The notes: generated from the sequence alone by a model not told the origin. Positions 22,837 to 36,969 are shown, numbered from the stretch's first letter. The stretch: 62,442 nt of DNA from Macrostomum lignano (GCA_002269645.1 NIVC01004056.1:1-62442), one strand, 5' to 3'. Made by a program: numbers and translations.

Positions 22837-23124
22837 TTACAGCTTGATGCAGCTGAGAATCTGGATGGCGCTGCCGCCGCACTTGTTGGCCAGGCAGCCG
22901 GCCAGCTGGCTGATGTTGGTGCCGTGGGCGAAGTAGCAGGAGGCCAGGTTGGAGATCAGGCAGTTCACGGAGCCGATGCCGTTCTGCAGCAGGCAGTTGG
23001 TGTCGATGCTGAGCACGGGAACGACCTCGTGAATGATGTCGTTCACGACCTCGTTCTTCTGCTCCGGAGTGTAGGCGGCGGCGGCGAAGGCCACGAGAGC
23101 GAACAGGCAGATGAGCTTGTACAT
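22837..23124 (-). CDS. Small secreted cysteine-rich protein (95 aa)
   Basis: ATG at 23124. Signal peptide MYKLICLFALVAFAAA, six mature cysteines, GC3-rich codons, and AATAAA on the minus strand at 22818-22813. Confidence 0.82.
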   Translation of the reverse strand: MYKLICLFALVAFAAAAYTPEQKNEVVNDIIHEVVPVLSIDTNCLLQNGIGSVNCLISNLASCYFAHGTNISQLAGCLANKCGGSAIQILSCIKL

Positions 23125-23874
23125 GGCTGCTGAGCTGGGTGCTTTGGTTGCTGGCTTCTTGAGACTGGCTGCTGGGTTGAGTTGCTGATTGGGTCTCGGG
23201 CTCGGTCGCTGGGCTCTCATTTATGGTGCCGCTGGTGGCGCTGCAGGTGACGCGGTCTCGGCCTGTCAGAGCTGTCAGACCAAAACTTATAGATCTGCAT
23301 AACTTTGATTTACTCAAACTTGTAAATGCTCACATTTTGTACGGACTGATAAGGATTCGAACAGGCTTCATGCCTTGGACAACTATTGCAAATCAATTTT
23401 TTTGTTCCACAGAGACGCGCACTCCAAGCCTTTGTCGGGTACGCAACCGATTTTTCCCAAATCAATTACCGCCTTTCTGCTTTCTGGGTCATCCGGCTCT
23501 CACTGCATGGATACTGCGTGACTTGTGGCGAAAACTACGCACTTGAGGCATGCATGTTTATATGCGGAATTGTGGAAGGCTTGTTCATGGAGTTCCGCAA
23601 GGATACCCCTAATACACACTTTAACTCTCCTCATATGCTGACCCAAGGACCACTGCATAGTAGTATAGAAGTCCTTGCACTGAACCCGTTACACAAATAA
23701 CTCTGTTTGACTCGTTGTATGTCTTCGCTTGGCTAGATTTGGCCGAGACTTGACAGAATCGAAAAAAATTACAAAAGTTTTGCGGTAAACAGAGCTTCTG
23801 ATCCAGCTGTAACTGTGGCAAGCACGCAGCAAGAGAGCTACCTCAGTCACTCTCACTCTCTAAATGTAAATTTA

Positions 23875-24590
23875 GATGGACATTGAACCATCGGAATTGA
23901 CTGTAATAGGAAGCGGCAGATGGACATTGAAGCATCGGAACTGACTGTGGAAGGAGGCGGCAGATGGACATTGAGGCATCGGAATTGACTGTGGAAGGAG
24001 GCGGCAGATGGACATTGAGGCATCGGAAATTACTGTGGAAGGAGGCCACAGATGGACATTGAGGCATCGGAACTGACTGTGGAAGGAGGCGGCAGATGGA
24101 CATTGAGCCATCGGAATTGACTGGAAGGAGACGGCAGATGGACATTGAGCCATCGGAATTGACTGGAAGGAGACGGCAGATGGACATTGAGCCATCGGAA
24201 TTGACTGGAAGGAGACGGCAGATGGACATTGAGGCATCGGAGTTGACTGGAAGGAGACGGCAGATGGACATTGAGCCATCGGAGTTGACTGGAAGGAGAC
24301 GGCAGATGGACATTGAGCCATCGGAGTTGACTGGAAGGAGACGGCAGATGGACATTGAGCCATCGGAATTGACTGGAAGGAGACGGCAGATGGACATTGA
24401 GCCATCGGAATTGACTGGAAGGAGACGGCAGATGGACATTGAGCCATCGGAATTGACTGGAAGGAGACGGCAGATGGACATTGAGCCATCGGAATTGACT
24501 GGAAGGAGACGGCAGATGGACATTGAGCCATCGGAATTGACTGGAAGGAGACGGCAGATGGACATTGAGCCATCGGAATTGACTTGAAGG
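23875..24590. repeat. 42/44-bp minisatellite (CAGATGGACATTGAGCCATCGGAATTGACTGGAAGGAGACGG), about 16 copies
   Basis: Directly visible. The left units carry a 2-bp TG insertion. Confidence 0.95.
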
Positions 24591-24852
24591 AGGCGGTATG
24601 ATAGCAGTAATATCAGAGCATCAATAATTTGTCATTTTAAATTGCTTACATGAAGAAATAGTTGTTATTGTGTCAATATAGCCAATAAAATTATTCAAAC
24701 GGACTATCCCCATTATACTACTGACAGCAATAGGCCAGCTTAATAATCTACCAAAAACGATAAACTAGCGGCTTAACTTTGCCATTGGCTCCTGCCTTCA
24801 TTGGCCAGCGGCCTCTCTGCACTCAAAAGTGCTGCCCCCTTTTCTGCCGCAG

Positions 24853-24956
24853 CTCCGACTTCTCGACATCTTGAGCGTTGTCGGAAACACGCGAAGTTCG
24901 GCTTGCTTCTGGTTGAGGATTCTTACTATAGGGATTCAATGAGCCAGCCGCATCAG
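24853..24956 (+). other. Candidate non-coding 5'UTR exon of the dopamine receptor gene
   Basis: Flanked by ttttctgccgcAG and CAG|GTGAGA (104 nt). Support is from splice signals only. Confidence 0.3.
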
Positions 24957-25389
24957 GTGAGAAAACGGTAAAGCTATTTATATTATTACCTAGAACCTGC
25001 TATCAAGTATAATACTGTAGCCGGGTGATTGACAGGCTGCTTGAAACTGCTCGCATGGTAACCCGAGAGTCGCTTGGGAGTGAGTGACTTGCTACGGGCC
25101 CGACTCAAAGCTCAGCCCAGCCAAGCTTGTAGCAAGAGCTATAGCTGGCTTGAGTATACGCGCACCTCATCAGTGAAGTAGCGTCAGATTTGTGGAGACC
25201 GCCATCCCCCCTAGCAACCAAACTCCTATAAGTGATGAGCGGTCGGCAAAGCAAATCGAACTCACCCCCCCCCCTCTTCGATATCCGCGGGTCCGTCTCG
25301 AGCCACTGTCGCTATTTCCGTTTCAGTTGAAAATCGAGAACAACATTAGTATCTTTTATCGTTCTTATTAAGTAGTCCTTGTTTGAAAA

Positions 25390-26046
25390 TGGCCTCATCA
25401 CCAAGGCTGCAGCCTCCTCAACCCCGCTGACACGGTAGTTGAGCAGTCTCTGAGAAATGAAACTGGCCTCATCACCAAGGCTGCAGCCTCCTTAACCCCG
25501 CTGAGACGGTAGTTGAGCAGTCTCTGAGAAATGAAACTGGCCTCATCACTGAGGCTGCAGCCTCCTCAACCCCGCTGAGACGGTAGTTGAGCAGTCTCTG
25601 AGAAATGAAACTGGCCTCATCACCGAGGCTGCAGCCTCCTCAACCCCGCTGAGACGGTAGTTGAGCAGTGTCTGAGAAATGAAACTGGCCTCATCACCGA
25701 GGCTGCAGCCTCCTCAACCCCGCTGAGACGGTAGTTGAGCAGTCTCTGAGAAATGAAACTGGCCAAATCACTGAGGATGCAGCTTCCTCAACCCCGCTGA
25801 CACGGTAGTTGAGCAGTCTCTGAGAAATGAAACTGGCCTCATCACCGAGGCTGCAGCCTCCTCAACCCCGCTGAGACGGTAGTTGAGCAGTCTCTGAGAA
25901 ATGAAACTGGCCTCATCACTGAGGCTGCAGCCTCCTCAACCCCGCTGAGACGGTAGTTGAGCAGTCTCTGAGAAATGAAACTGGCCTCATCACCGAGACT
26001 GCAGCTTCCTCAACCCCGCTGAGACGGTAGTTGAGCAGTCTCTGAG
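25390..26046. repeat. 74-bp minisatellite with internal palindromes, about 9 copies
   Basis: Unit GAAACTGGCCTCATCACCGAGGCTGCAGCCTCCTCAACCCCGCTGAGACGGTAGTTGAGCAGTCTCTGAGAAAT. The period is 74 (25459 to 25533). Confidence 0.95.
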
Positions 26047-26630
26047 ATCAAAAAAGAAAGCAAGCAAAAACAAGATCAAGAGGCTGGGCGATCAAACCGG
26101 ACGGTCTCCAGGGATCCATAGTGGCGGGATGCGCTGACACGATGCATACATCTTCTCTGACGGCCAGCCGCCCCGTCCCCACCCCCCATCTTTCCCCAGT
26201 CTTGTGCTCCCGGAAACCTTCAGATCGGGAGGCAGGGGGAAGGCAGGGCCTGTGGAACTCTCAGAAGTCATTACCGGCGCTCTTCGTGGGGCGCCCGGCG
26301 CCGTGATAAATCTGATTGCTCTGGGGGGAAGAGGCTGCGGGGGCGGTGCAGTTGAGAAGGAGGAACAAGCACTGGAGGGCCAATACATTCTTGGCTCAAA
26401 TTTCAACTTGTTTCCTGCGAGAATGGCAAACGAAAAAACTTGTCAGCATGAGCTTGAGGAGCCACCTGCAGAACAGAGGCCTTTGCTGCCCATCTACTCC
26501 TGTTCCAGAGAAACCCAGCTGAGAGCATGACTAACGAAGTTCTGGCTACTGACTCGCATCATATAGAGAATTCACGACATAAACTGGTGCAGATTAGACA
26601 CGGTTTTTCTGAGCTTCTCACAGGGTTGGG

Positions 26631-27004
<374 letters not shown>

Positions 27005-28593
27005 GGAAGGAATTTTTTGGTCTATCCTGAGCATTGCATGCTTCCTAAACTAATTCAGCTCATCGCACTGGCCTGGCCGGACCCACCAAGATTTCCCCAG
27101 CAGCAAACAGAAGCAGGTGCCAGCCTGTGCGGTGGCTGGTGCGGGACTTGAGACTATTGTTGTTGGAGCGGGCAAACCTCTTCTTGGTCAATAAGTTTCT
27201 CCTCTTTCCGCGCTCTGCCCCCCCCCCCAGCCACGGCCGCTGCCCTCCCAAGTCTAAAATTGAGTCCCCCTTCTTCCTTATTTTCCATAATGCTATAAAA
27301 TACAGCCGTCTCCAGCGCTCGCTCAGGTGCAGCACAGAGAAGGCAGCAAAAGTTTTTTAAGTCGGCGATTTAATAACGCGCTCTAATCAAGCGTTCGTCC
27401 CCCTCCCAGTCCCAGTAGCGCGGCAAGCTCAGCAGCTCCTCGGAGCAGAAATTCAATATCGGCCTCTTAAGATAGAGAGACGCTGAGAAGAAGAGAGAAG
27501 ATCGGACAACGGATGGAAGAAGATTGATAAAAAAGTTCTTATTGTAGCTATATATAATAAAACCGGTGTAATATCCTTCGGCTGAGCGGCTCTGCTAGGG
27601 GTTGAGGGGGGGGGGGATTTTTCCTCAAGATAACAAAAACGCGCAGACCTAATTCTGCGCTTCGCTGCCGACAAGCGGCCTACCTAATATTTCATCATGA
27701 GCTGCCGGCCCTTCCATAACGGCGGGGAGGGGAGACACTTTTGAGGGAGAAAAGCGAGCTGGGGCCCGTCCGGTCCGGACTTTGCTGAGGCTTTTCATGA
27801 GTAGAGCCGGCCGTGTAGAGCGGGGACCGGGGCGGAACCCGGAGTCACCGCCGTGAACTTTTAGCTTGAAGGAATTCAATAGAAAGAAATGGAAGTTTTA
27901 GTTGACTTTATAAGCGGGGATGCAAATAATAGCTGAAGCCTGAAAATAGCAGGATCCTGGCCATAGACTATCGCGGCCAGTACTGGTGTCCCAGAAAAGC
28001 GCACCATTTTAACTGACTACTGGGGGTGGGCGTTAATCATAAATGCTACAAGTTACTACACCTTCTTACCTTTTATTTTGAGCAAACTCCCTTGTTATTC
28101 CCACAAGCGGGACACCAATTCAAACACTGATGCAGACGTGAAGGTGTTTGAGTAGAGACGTAAAGAACCTTTTTAAGTCAATCAGAGCCAAGCCTATGGG
28201 CTGTTGACCCTCTGCGTTTTGTGGGTTTTCGTTTTCTTCAGCCTCCTCTTCATCCTCTGTCCACTGTCCTCCAGAACTGCTCAAGCTTGTCGAGAATCAA
28301 TCGCTATTCACTTCTCATGAAGCGATGTCTATGAAACAGCTTTTTTAGTGCATTAGTTGCATTGACCAGCTTAGTTGTCGAGCTAGGCATGTAACTAACA
28401 CCCTGTGGAACTGCTGGGCTCGTGTACGCATGATATAAAATTGGCGAGCCGTTGTCAAGCAGGATCAATTCGTTCATCGCCTTATCTGACATTATTTTGC
28501 ATTTTTTTCTCAAAAAATTTGGAACACAAAAACGTACTTTTAAATATTTATTTTGCAGTTCGCCTACTAAAGAAGTCGCAACAGTGTCCGGAT

Positions 28594-28626
28594 ATGGGCG
28601 CAGCTGACACCCCAGACCGGAACTGA
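28594..28626 (+). promoter_or_regulatory. Upstream ORF ([10 protein letters not shown]) in the 5'UTR of the D2-like receptor
   Basis: It lies between an acceptor (ttttgcAG, 28557-28558) and the main ATG at 28650, out of frame with the CDS, and stops 23 nt before it. Confidence 0.4.
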
Positions 28627-28649
28627 ATCCGCCTCATCTCTTAGCGAAC

Positions 28650-29054
28650 ATGACCGCCTTGGACAGGCAAAGCTTCCTGCAAGCTCTGCAGTCGAACTCA
28701 CCAGAGCAGGCTCAGCAGTCTGCCTCATCACTGCAGCCTCAGCTGGGCAGAGGCCGCAATGTCAGCAGCTTCGGCAACCTGACCGGCCTCGAGAGCCTGA
28801 CCAACTTCAGCCAGCAGCTTGTCAATGCCACTCTGCTGACCAATTCAACGACCAATGAACCGCTTGAAAGGCGGTACTGGGTGCTCGGCCTGCTGCTGTT
28901 CCCCTGCTTCACCATATTCGGCAACATCCTGGTGGTGATGGCGGTGTACAGGGAACGTAGTCTGCAGTCCGTCACCAACTACTTCATTGTGTCGCTGGCG
29001 TTTGCCGACATCCTTGTTGGAGCCATCGTGATGCCGATTTCTGTCTATGTTGAG
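28650..29054 (+). CDS. DRD2-like: D2-like dopamine receptor, coding exon 1 (N-terminus, TM1-TM2); whole CDS 1596 nt, 531 aa
   Basis: [60 protein letters not shown], then donor GTGCGA in phase 0. Confidence 0.92.
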
Positions 29055-29081
29055 GTGCGATGTTTATCGATAAATGAAAAA

Positions 29082-29714
<633 letters not shown>

Positions 29715-30487
29715 CGGCAACATCAATAGGAAAGAATTCAAATAGCTGACACTTGAATGGCACCCTCGCACGCGGAGGTCAAGCAGGAGACACTCGCAGT
29801 GCTCCGAACCATTGCAGTCAAATAGATTAAATTCTCGCTCGTAGAAAAGCGGGAGTTTAAGGCCAATTTGAATCCTTGAGAGAAAGGAGACCGGGAGAGT
29901 GGGCGGGACGCCACCCATTCAAATGAGCGGCAGGCAGCAGTTGGGATGCAAAGCAGCGTGAGGGAAGAGGCCTCTGGGATTTTCTTGCTCAGATGAAAAT
30001 TGCTTTCTTTATTCTAGCAGGATGCTCACCCGATCCTGCCACTCTCCCTGCCATGTCTCCCAGCATGCGCTCCGCAGTCCAGTCCCTCTGTGTCCCTCCG
30101 TTCACAAGCCTAGAGAAACAATGGCCGCTGCGCGCTGGGCAAACAGGACTGGAAGGGCCATGCGGGAGCAGAGATTTTGCTGTTCTGCTGCTGTGTTTTC
30201 TGGGCCTCCCATCCATGCCAGCCCGGGGGCTTTTAGCCGGCGGTCGGTCGATTGATATTGATACGGCGGGCTCGAGGCCTGGCTATGAGGCAGAGCTCCC
30301 CCACCCGGAGCCGCCCCCGGGGTTAAAGCACTTTTGCACCAACAAATCTGATTACATGCGGTTAGATACGCATTCTGCAGCCTTTACTCATGTCTGTGTC
30401 CCTCTCTACCAGACCTCCCTCCCGCTATCGTCCCCTGCCCAGCGATTTCGTCTCCGGAATCTGCGTGTCCGCAAGCTGGTGGGGGTG

Positions 30488-31005
30488 GCAGAGATGGGGG
30501 AGATGCAGAGATGCGGGAGATGCAGAGATGGGGGAGATGCAGAGATGGGAGAGATGCAGAGATGGGGGAGATGCAGAGATGGGGGAGATGCAGAGATGCG
30601 GGAGATGCAGAGATGGGGGACATGCAGAGATGGGGGAGATGCAGAGATGGGGGAGATGCAGAGATGGGGGAGATGCAGAGATGGGGGAGATACAGAGATG
30701 GGGGACATGCAGAGATGGGGGAGATGCAGAGATGGGGGACATGCAGAGATGGGGGAGATGCAGAGATGGGGGAGATGCAGAGATGGGGGACATGCAGAGA
30801 TGGGGGAGATGCAGAGATGGGGGAGATGCAGAGATGGGGGACATGCAGAGATGGGGGAGATGCAGAGATGGGGGACATGCAGAGATGGGGGAGATGCAGA
30901 GATGGGGGAGATGCAGAGATGGGGGAGATGCAGAGATGGGGGACATGCAGAGATGGGGGAGATGCAGAGATGGGGGACATGCAGAGATTGGGGAGATGGG
31001 GAGAT
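30488..31005. repeat. 17-bp minisatellite GCAGAGATGGGGGA(G/C)AT, about 30 copies
   Basis: Directly visible. It explains the ORFs at 29993-31078. Confidence 0.95.
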
Positions 31006-32793
31006 GAGGATATGTAGTCATTTTGCAGTCAGGGAGGTGGCAAGTATTCATGCCCATTCCGCTGGCCCCTGAGCACACACAGGCTCACGGATGCGTACGC
31101 ACGGGTGTACAGCGGCCCCGACTCTCCTATCGTTAAGCATTGTTAAGCCTCGATTGCGATGAAGGATAGGTGGGCTAGAGAGTAGATAAATTGCCCATAA
31201 GTTGAAGCGGAGGCAGATTGGGTCGCGTCTTAAGAGGGATGAGACAGGCCAGTCTCTGTGACATTGTGGCGACTTCATTCGGGTGCCGTCCTCCAGCCTC
31301 CAAGACTCCGCGCTGATGCGCGCAGCAGCTTCCGGTCTGGTCGGCTGCAGAACCAGAGCTTCATCTCTCCCCCCAGACTCCCGCCCTCATCCATTCCGCG
31401 CCAGGGTTTATTAAAACGCACCCTTGCACAAGCCCGTCAAGAGCCTGAAGTTCTACCTTGCAGCTCCACCTGCAAGCTCAGCTGCCGACTTCCGGGTGAA
31501 GCACAATATATAATGATGAAGATGGCTATTCAGCTGCTGTACGGCAGGCTATTATTCAAGCAGTGGGCCTGTCAGAGGAATAATGAGAACGAAGCGGACG
31601 AGCGATAAAGCCAGTAATGAATCTTTATTTTTTATTTATTCTCAAGCAAGTGAAACTCTGGAGTCGCCTGGACTGCGTGGGGGAATTTCTGGGATCGTGC
31701 GGGCAGAACTGGAAGGGGGCAGAGGAGGCTGGGGAGGGAGTCCGGCGACACGGAACTGGTTAAATGACGTCGTTAGATGTCTTTGGGGGGTCCGGGGGGG
31801 GGGTGGGGCGGGGACAAGAAGCGGCGAGAAAAAGAGAAAACGAGGCCCTGCCCAATGCCCGAGATATCCCGCCCCCGGGGGCCGCTCAAATGGGATTTGT
31901 CCTCCCCCATGGTCGAGAAGTGGGAGATCTCGATGCTATTAGCCGTTGGGCCGGGGCGCGCACTGCCGAGTGAGTTTACATACATACACAGTTTTCCCAA
32001 ACTGGCGGCGGATTACAGCGATTTTTTCATCAGAGGAGTCCGCAGTCAGTACCTCGCAGGGAAATAAGGAAATCCATTAGGCCAGAGCTGCCTGCACTCT
32101 GGGTCCCCCGGCTTCCTGCGGGAGCTGCTCGCGGGATCCTTCCACTTGGGAGCTGTACGATGATTACTCAAATTCCCGCACTCTGCCGCTGATCTGCTGT
32201 TAATCCCCGCTAAGCCCTTCGGCTCAGACCTGGGGTCAAGTATCCAGCTGTGCTGCGGTGGAACTCTCCATGACGTCACTGGGTAGCGGACGGTCGATCG
32301 TGCTGCCTTTCTGGGCACTGCCGCAAATCAAGGTGTAGAGTCCATTCCGCTGTAGGCAGCGCATAGGGGAGGTGACCCCCGAGGCTTGAAGATCGATTGA
32401 AGATGAAGAAGGAAGAGACTCCGCAAAATTGGGGCCCCAGGTGGCCACCGACCCAGGCCAGCTCGTTGCCAAGAAGTATCTGGGCAAGATAGGCGAGGAA
32501 GACAGAATCCTCTCGATGATTTCCGAACAGAAATACAACAGATTTTGAAAAATTTGATTTTGCTTTAAAGTTGAATATGTTTTTTTTATAAATGACACAA
32601 GTTTTATTGGAACAGGGGCATGCAAGTTCAATAAAGTTTTGAGAAATGATAATTGGCGTGTGGTAAAAATCGTTAAAAAGATGGAAACTGATGTTATTTA
32701 TAGAAGCAAGTTTTTTTTAACAAAATATCGCGCGACTCAGGGAAATCCAGTCAGGAGTAAAAAAATATGATGACAATGTAGGCTTGGTAAACT

Positions 32794-33135
32794 ATCTATG
32801 TCCGCAAATTGTTTCCAAGAAACCGGAGTCAGTCTATGTCCGCAAATTGTTTCCTAGAAACCGGAGTATATCTATGTCCGCAAATTGTTTCCTAGAAACC
32901 GGAGTATATCTATGTCCGCAAATTGTTTCCTAGAAACCGGAGTATATCTATGTCCGCAAATTGTTTCCTAGAAACCGGAGTATATCTATGTCCGCAAATT
33001 GTTTCCTAGAAACCGGAGTATATCTATGTCCGCAAATTGTTTCCTAGAAACTGGAATATATATAAGTCCGCAGATTGTTTCCTAGAAGCTGGAGTATATC
33101 TAAGTCCGCAAATTGTTTCTTAGAAACCGGAGTCA
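32794..33135. repeat. 38-bp minisatellite (TATCTATGTCCGCAAATTGTTTCCTAGAAACCGGAGTA), about 9 copies
   Basis: The period is 38 (32823 to 32861). Confidence 0.93.
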
Positions 33136-33346
33136 CAAAGCTCTATTTAGTTTTTCTGCAAGGAAGCGATCAATTACACGCTGGGCAGGCACCGGTTGGC
33201 ATGGGGCGGATCGGTAATGCCAGTGCAAACGCGGGGACCGCAGTTTTTGCACCGAATAAATGTAGAGCAACCTCCAAAGTCGGCAATTCTTTGATCCTTT
33301 TTTAAATTACTTTTCTTCCCAAAATGGCAAAATCTTTTCTTCCCAA

Positions 33347-33460
33347 AAGGAAGCGGAGGGGTTCAGGAAGCGGAGGGGATCAGGAAGCGGAGGGGATCAG
33401 GAAGCGGAGGGGATCAGGAAGCGGAGGGGATCAGGAAGCGGAGGGGATCAGGAAGCGGAG
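33347..33460. repeat. 17-bp repeat CAGGAAGCGGAGGGGAT, about 6 copies
   Basis: The period is 17 (33364, 33381, 33398). Confidence 0.9.
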
Positions 33461-34362
33461 TAAAGGAAGACGAGGAAGCAAAGCAAATCAGGAAGCAAAA
33501 GAAGACAGGTCAGTCCAGACATTGTCTTATTTCGGTATTCGAACTGTGAACGCCTTTTTTGTTGAGTTTGTTTGCCCCAAGGCCAGGTGAGACTAGGCAC
33601 CTCTGGTTAGCTTTTTTACGTGGGTCAGAATTAGTCCAATGTAGCCGGGTGAAGTGCTAATTCTTTGATCGCTGCTGTAGGCTGCTGTGGAAATGCCTCA
33701 GCCTCCCTAACAGCCCTCCCCATTGTGAGGCCCGCCGCTGTGCCGATCAAGGACCTGATGTGATGCCTTGCAGCGAGAGAAGGGCAGAAGGGAGTCATGG
33801 GGAGCAGCCAGACCGGACAGTGTTGAGCTGTCCGACTAGGCCAGGTGGGTAATTGAATGGCTGGCATGGGGCCGCAGTTCTCTGATTGAGTCCGGAAATG
33901 GGTCCCAGCGGAGTTGTTGGAGCGGCTGAGTCCGGGGCCTTTGCCCTCGCTTTTGTCCCCGCTTGAGAAACTTTAACCTTTGCGCATTCAAGGTGGCCCA
34001 CAGCCAGCCAGACCCCTGGAGTGGCAGCTCTTCCCCGAACTGCCCCTTCTCAGACAGCTGTTTTCAGTTTACACCTTGCCGCAGAATTCGGCCTTTCATC
34101 ATTTTATGTGAAGTCCCTAATTTCCGAAGCGCCGGTGCTTCACAAGACCGAAATTTTGGCATCGCCAGAAAGTTTTAAACATCCACTTTTGCGTTAAAAT
34201 GAAACAAAATTAGGCGATGTAAATGGCCCTTTCCAAAGCCCCTTTAAAAAACTGTATATCGATTTTTCTTATCTGTACGTTGAACCCCATCCAAAGCGCC
34301 CTTCCAACCCATACAGCTTCCGTCTACGCTCGTATCGTCAAGTCGTGCCTTGCGTTCAAACC

Positions 34363-34830
34363 GCCCCAGCTTGTTTATTTTCTGTCTGCCCCGCTATCAG
34401 TGCTCCCCCCAACTTGTCTATTTTCTGTCTGCCCCGCTATCAGTGCCCCCCAACTTGTCTATTTTCTGTCTGCCCCGCTATCAGTGCCCCCCAACTTGTC
34501 TATTTTCTGTCTGCCCCGCTATCAGTGCCCCCCAACTTGTCTATTTTCTGTCTGCCCCGCTATCAGTGCTCCCCCCCAACTTGTCTATTTTCTGTCTGCC
34601 CCGCTATCAGTGCTCCTCCCCAACTTGTTTATTTTCTGTCTGCCCCGCTATCAGTGCTCCCCCCCAACTTGTCTATTTTCTGTCTGCCCCGCTATCAGTG
34701 CCCCCCAACTTGTCTATTTTCTGTCTGCCCCGCTATCAGTGCTCCCCCCCAACTTGTCTATTTTCTGTCTGCCCCGCTATCAGTGCCCCCCCCCCAACTT
34801 GTCTATTTTCTGTCTGCCCCGCTATCAGTG
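34363..34830. repeat. 41-45-bp minisatellite (CCAACTTGTCTATTTTCTGTCTGCCCCGCTATCAGTGCCCC), about 11 copies
   Basis: Directly visible. Unit length varies in the C-run. Confidence 0.93.
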
Positions 34831-35866
34831 CGCCCGCTGGTTGATTTTTCACCTCTTAAACCATCGATTTTAGCACCGACAGGCAAGATTTTAGCGCTAA
34901 TTTAGCGCCGCCAAGTAGTGCAATAAGTTTGTACTCAAATACCGTAAATTTATATTCAGCTTTAAAGTGAGACCAAGTGGATCAAAGCTCAGTTCACCTC
35001 AACTAAACCGAAGTTACGAATGTGTCACCCGCTCTGAGAGAGGGGGTCAGTGAGAGCACGGGTGCTCAATTTGATGGAGTGCATGACGCAGAGAATGAAT
35101 TTGAAAAAAACAACTTTTTATTCAATTTTTTATTTGGTTTTTTGAGTTTTGAGTTCGATTGACAGAGAGCTTGCTCAGAACAACGCGGGATCCAACTCAA
35201 ACCCATTGTTGAACAAGTTTATGGAGGCCAAGTCATAAATGGGATGATTTTTTCCCTGAGAGTTTTCTCTGCAACTGGATTGAAACAATTAAATTCAAAC
35301 GCATTGAATCGATTTTTAGAATTGGGTAAAGCAAAAAATTGCATGCTTGATTGGCAACAACTGGCAACAATTGATCCATCAATGCAAATTTTAATGGGCT
35401 TCTTTTTCAACTGGAAAAATGAAAAATAGAAATTAAATGGGGAATAAAATGAAAAATTGGCTGAAATGTTTGCGAGGTAAAGTTTGAAATAAAAATTTAC
35501 TTGCTTGTAGATTCAAAATTGAATAGCAAACGGTAGATTTAAGCTCGATGGTAGATATAAGAATGGTAGACACGGATTCAATGTTAGATATAAGAATATA
35601 AGCATGAATTCAGACTTCGGCAGTGATGCAAATGGAGACGCAACAAAGAATCTTTCGCACCTGCAACGGGTGCTAAACGACGCTTATCCAGTCGAAAATG
35701 GAAATTTTATTTTTGTTACATTAGATAGGGGAGCTGTTTCTGTTGCTCGACCGAGCGTGCCAGTATGAGATCGATTTGGGATAAATTTCTTTGAGTCCCG
35801 CCCTGTCAGTCTACAGACCGGTTATATTGATAATTATTTCTACTCATATTTTGTTACCATTGTCAG

Positions 35867-35979
35867 GTAATGGACGGAGTGTGGCCGTTAGCAAAGATTC
35901 TGTGCGACCTGTGGATCATGTGCGACGCCTTGTTCTCTACTGCGTCAATCCTCAACCTGGTTGCCATTAGCATCGACAG
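35867..35979 (+). CDS. DRD2-like: D2-like dopamine receptor, coding exon 2 (ECL1, TM3); missed by the ORF track
   Basis: Acceptor ttaccattgtcAG, then VMDGVWPLAKILCDLWIMCDALFSTASILNLVAISID-AG|GTGAGA. It is 113 nt, phase 0 to 2, and joins exons 1 and 3 in frame. It contains C3.25, D3.32 and D-R. Confidence 0.92.
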
Positions 35980-36048
35980 GTGAGAGACAGAATACACAAG
36001 TGATAGCTTCGCGAGGCTAAGGTAGTAAAACTACTGCGGAAAAAGTAC

Positions 36049-36597
36049 AGTTGCTATGGTGATGAAACAGTTGCTATGGTGATGGATCGGTTGCTATGGT
36101 GATGGATCAGTTGCTATGGTGATGGATCAGTTGCTATGTGGATGGAACACTTGATATGATGGATCAGTTGCTATAGTGCTATAACAGTTGCTATGTGGAT
36201 GGAACATTTGCTATGGTGATGGAACAGTTGCTATGGTGATGGATCAGTTGCCATGGTGATAAAACAGTTGCTATGGTGATGGATCAGTTGTTATGATGAT
36301 GGAACAGTTGCTATGGAAATGGAACAGTTGCTATAGTGATGGAACAGTTGCTATGGTGATAAAACAGTTGCTATGGTGATGGATCAGTTGTTATGGAGAT
36401 GGAACAGTTGCTATGGGGATGGAACAATTACTATGGTAATGAAACAGTTGCCATGGTGATGGATCAGTTGCTACGAAGAAGGTTCAGTTGCTATGGTGAA
36501 GGTTCAGTTGCTATGGAGAAGGTTCAGTTGCTACGAAGAATGTTCAGTTGCTATGGCGAAGGTTCAGTTGCTATGGAGAAGGTTTAGTTGCTATAGA
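36049..36597. repeat. 20-bp degenerate minisatellite (GGTGATGGATCAGTTGCTAT)
   Basis: Directly visible; it starts about 70 nt after the exon 2 donor. Confidence 0.9.
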
Positions 36598-36969
36598 AGA
36601 GTTACAAAAAGGGAACAATTCGCGGAACGCATTTTTACGATAAAATAAACAGCTCAGATAAAAATTGCTCATCCACGGTGTCCCTACCGAGCTCTTTCAC
36701 CTCTGGCCCGTGCCTGAAGCCAGTCCGAGTGCCCGGCAATGAGATTCTGCATACTTTTATCTGATTGTATCCGGGCTGAGGAAATTGCAATCTATCGAAT
36801 ATTTGATCGGATTGGTTCGCCCCCCTCCCGGCAGTCAAGGTAGAACGGCGTGTAAAAATAAACTCCGGAATGAAATCAGCGCCCCAAACTCTGTGGCTTA
36901 GGAAATTGCATTAGCTATGCAAAATCTGCCTGCCCCGCATTCATTAGCTTAATTGCAGCGGTGTCTTTT

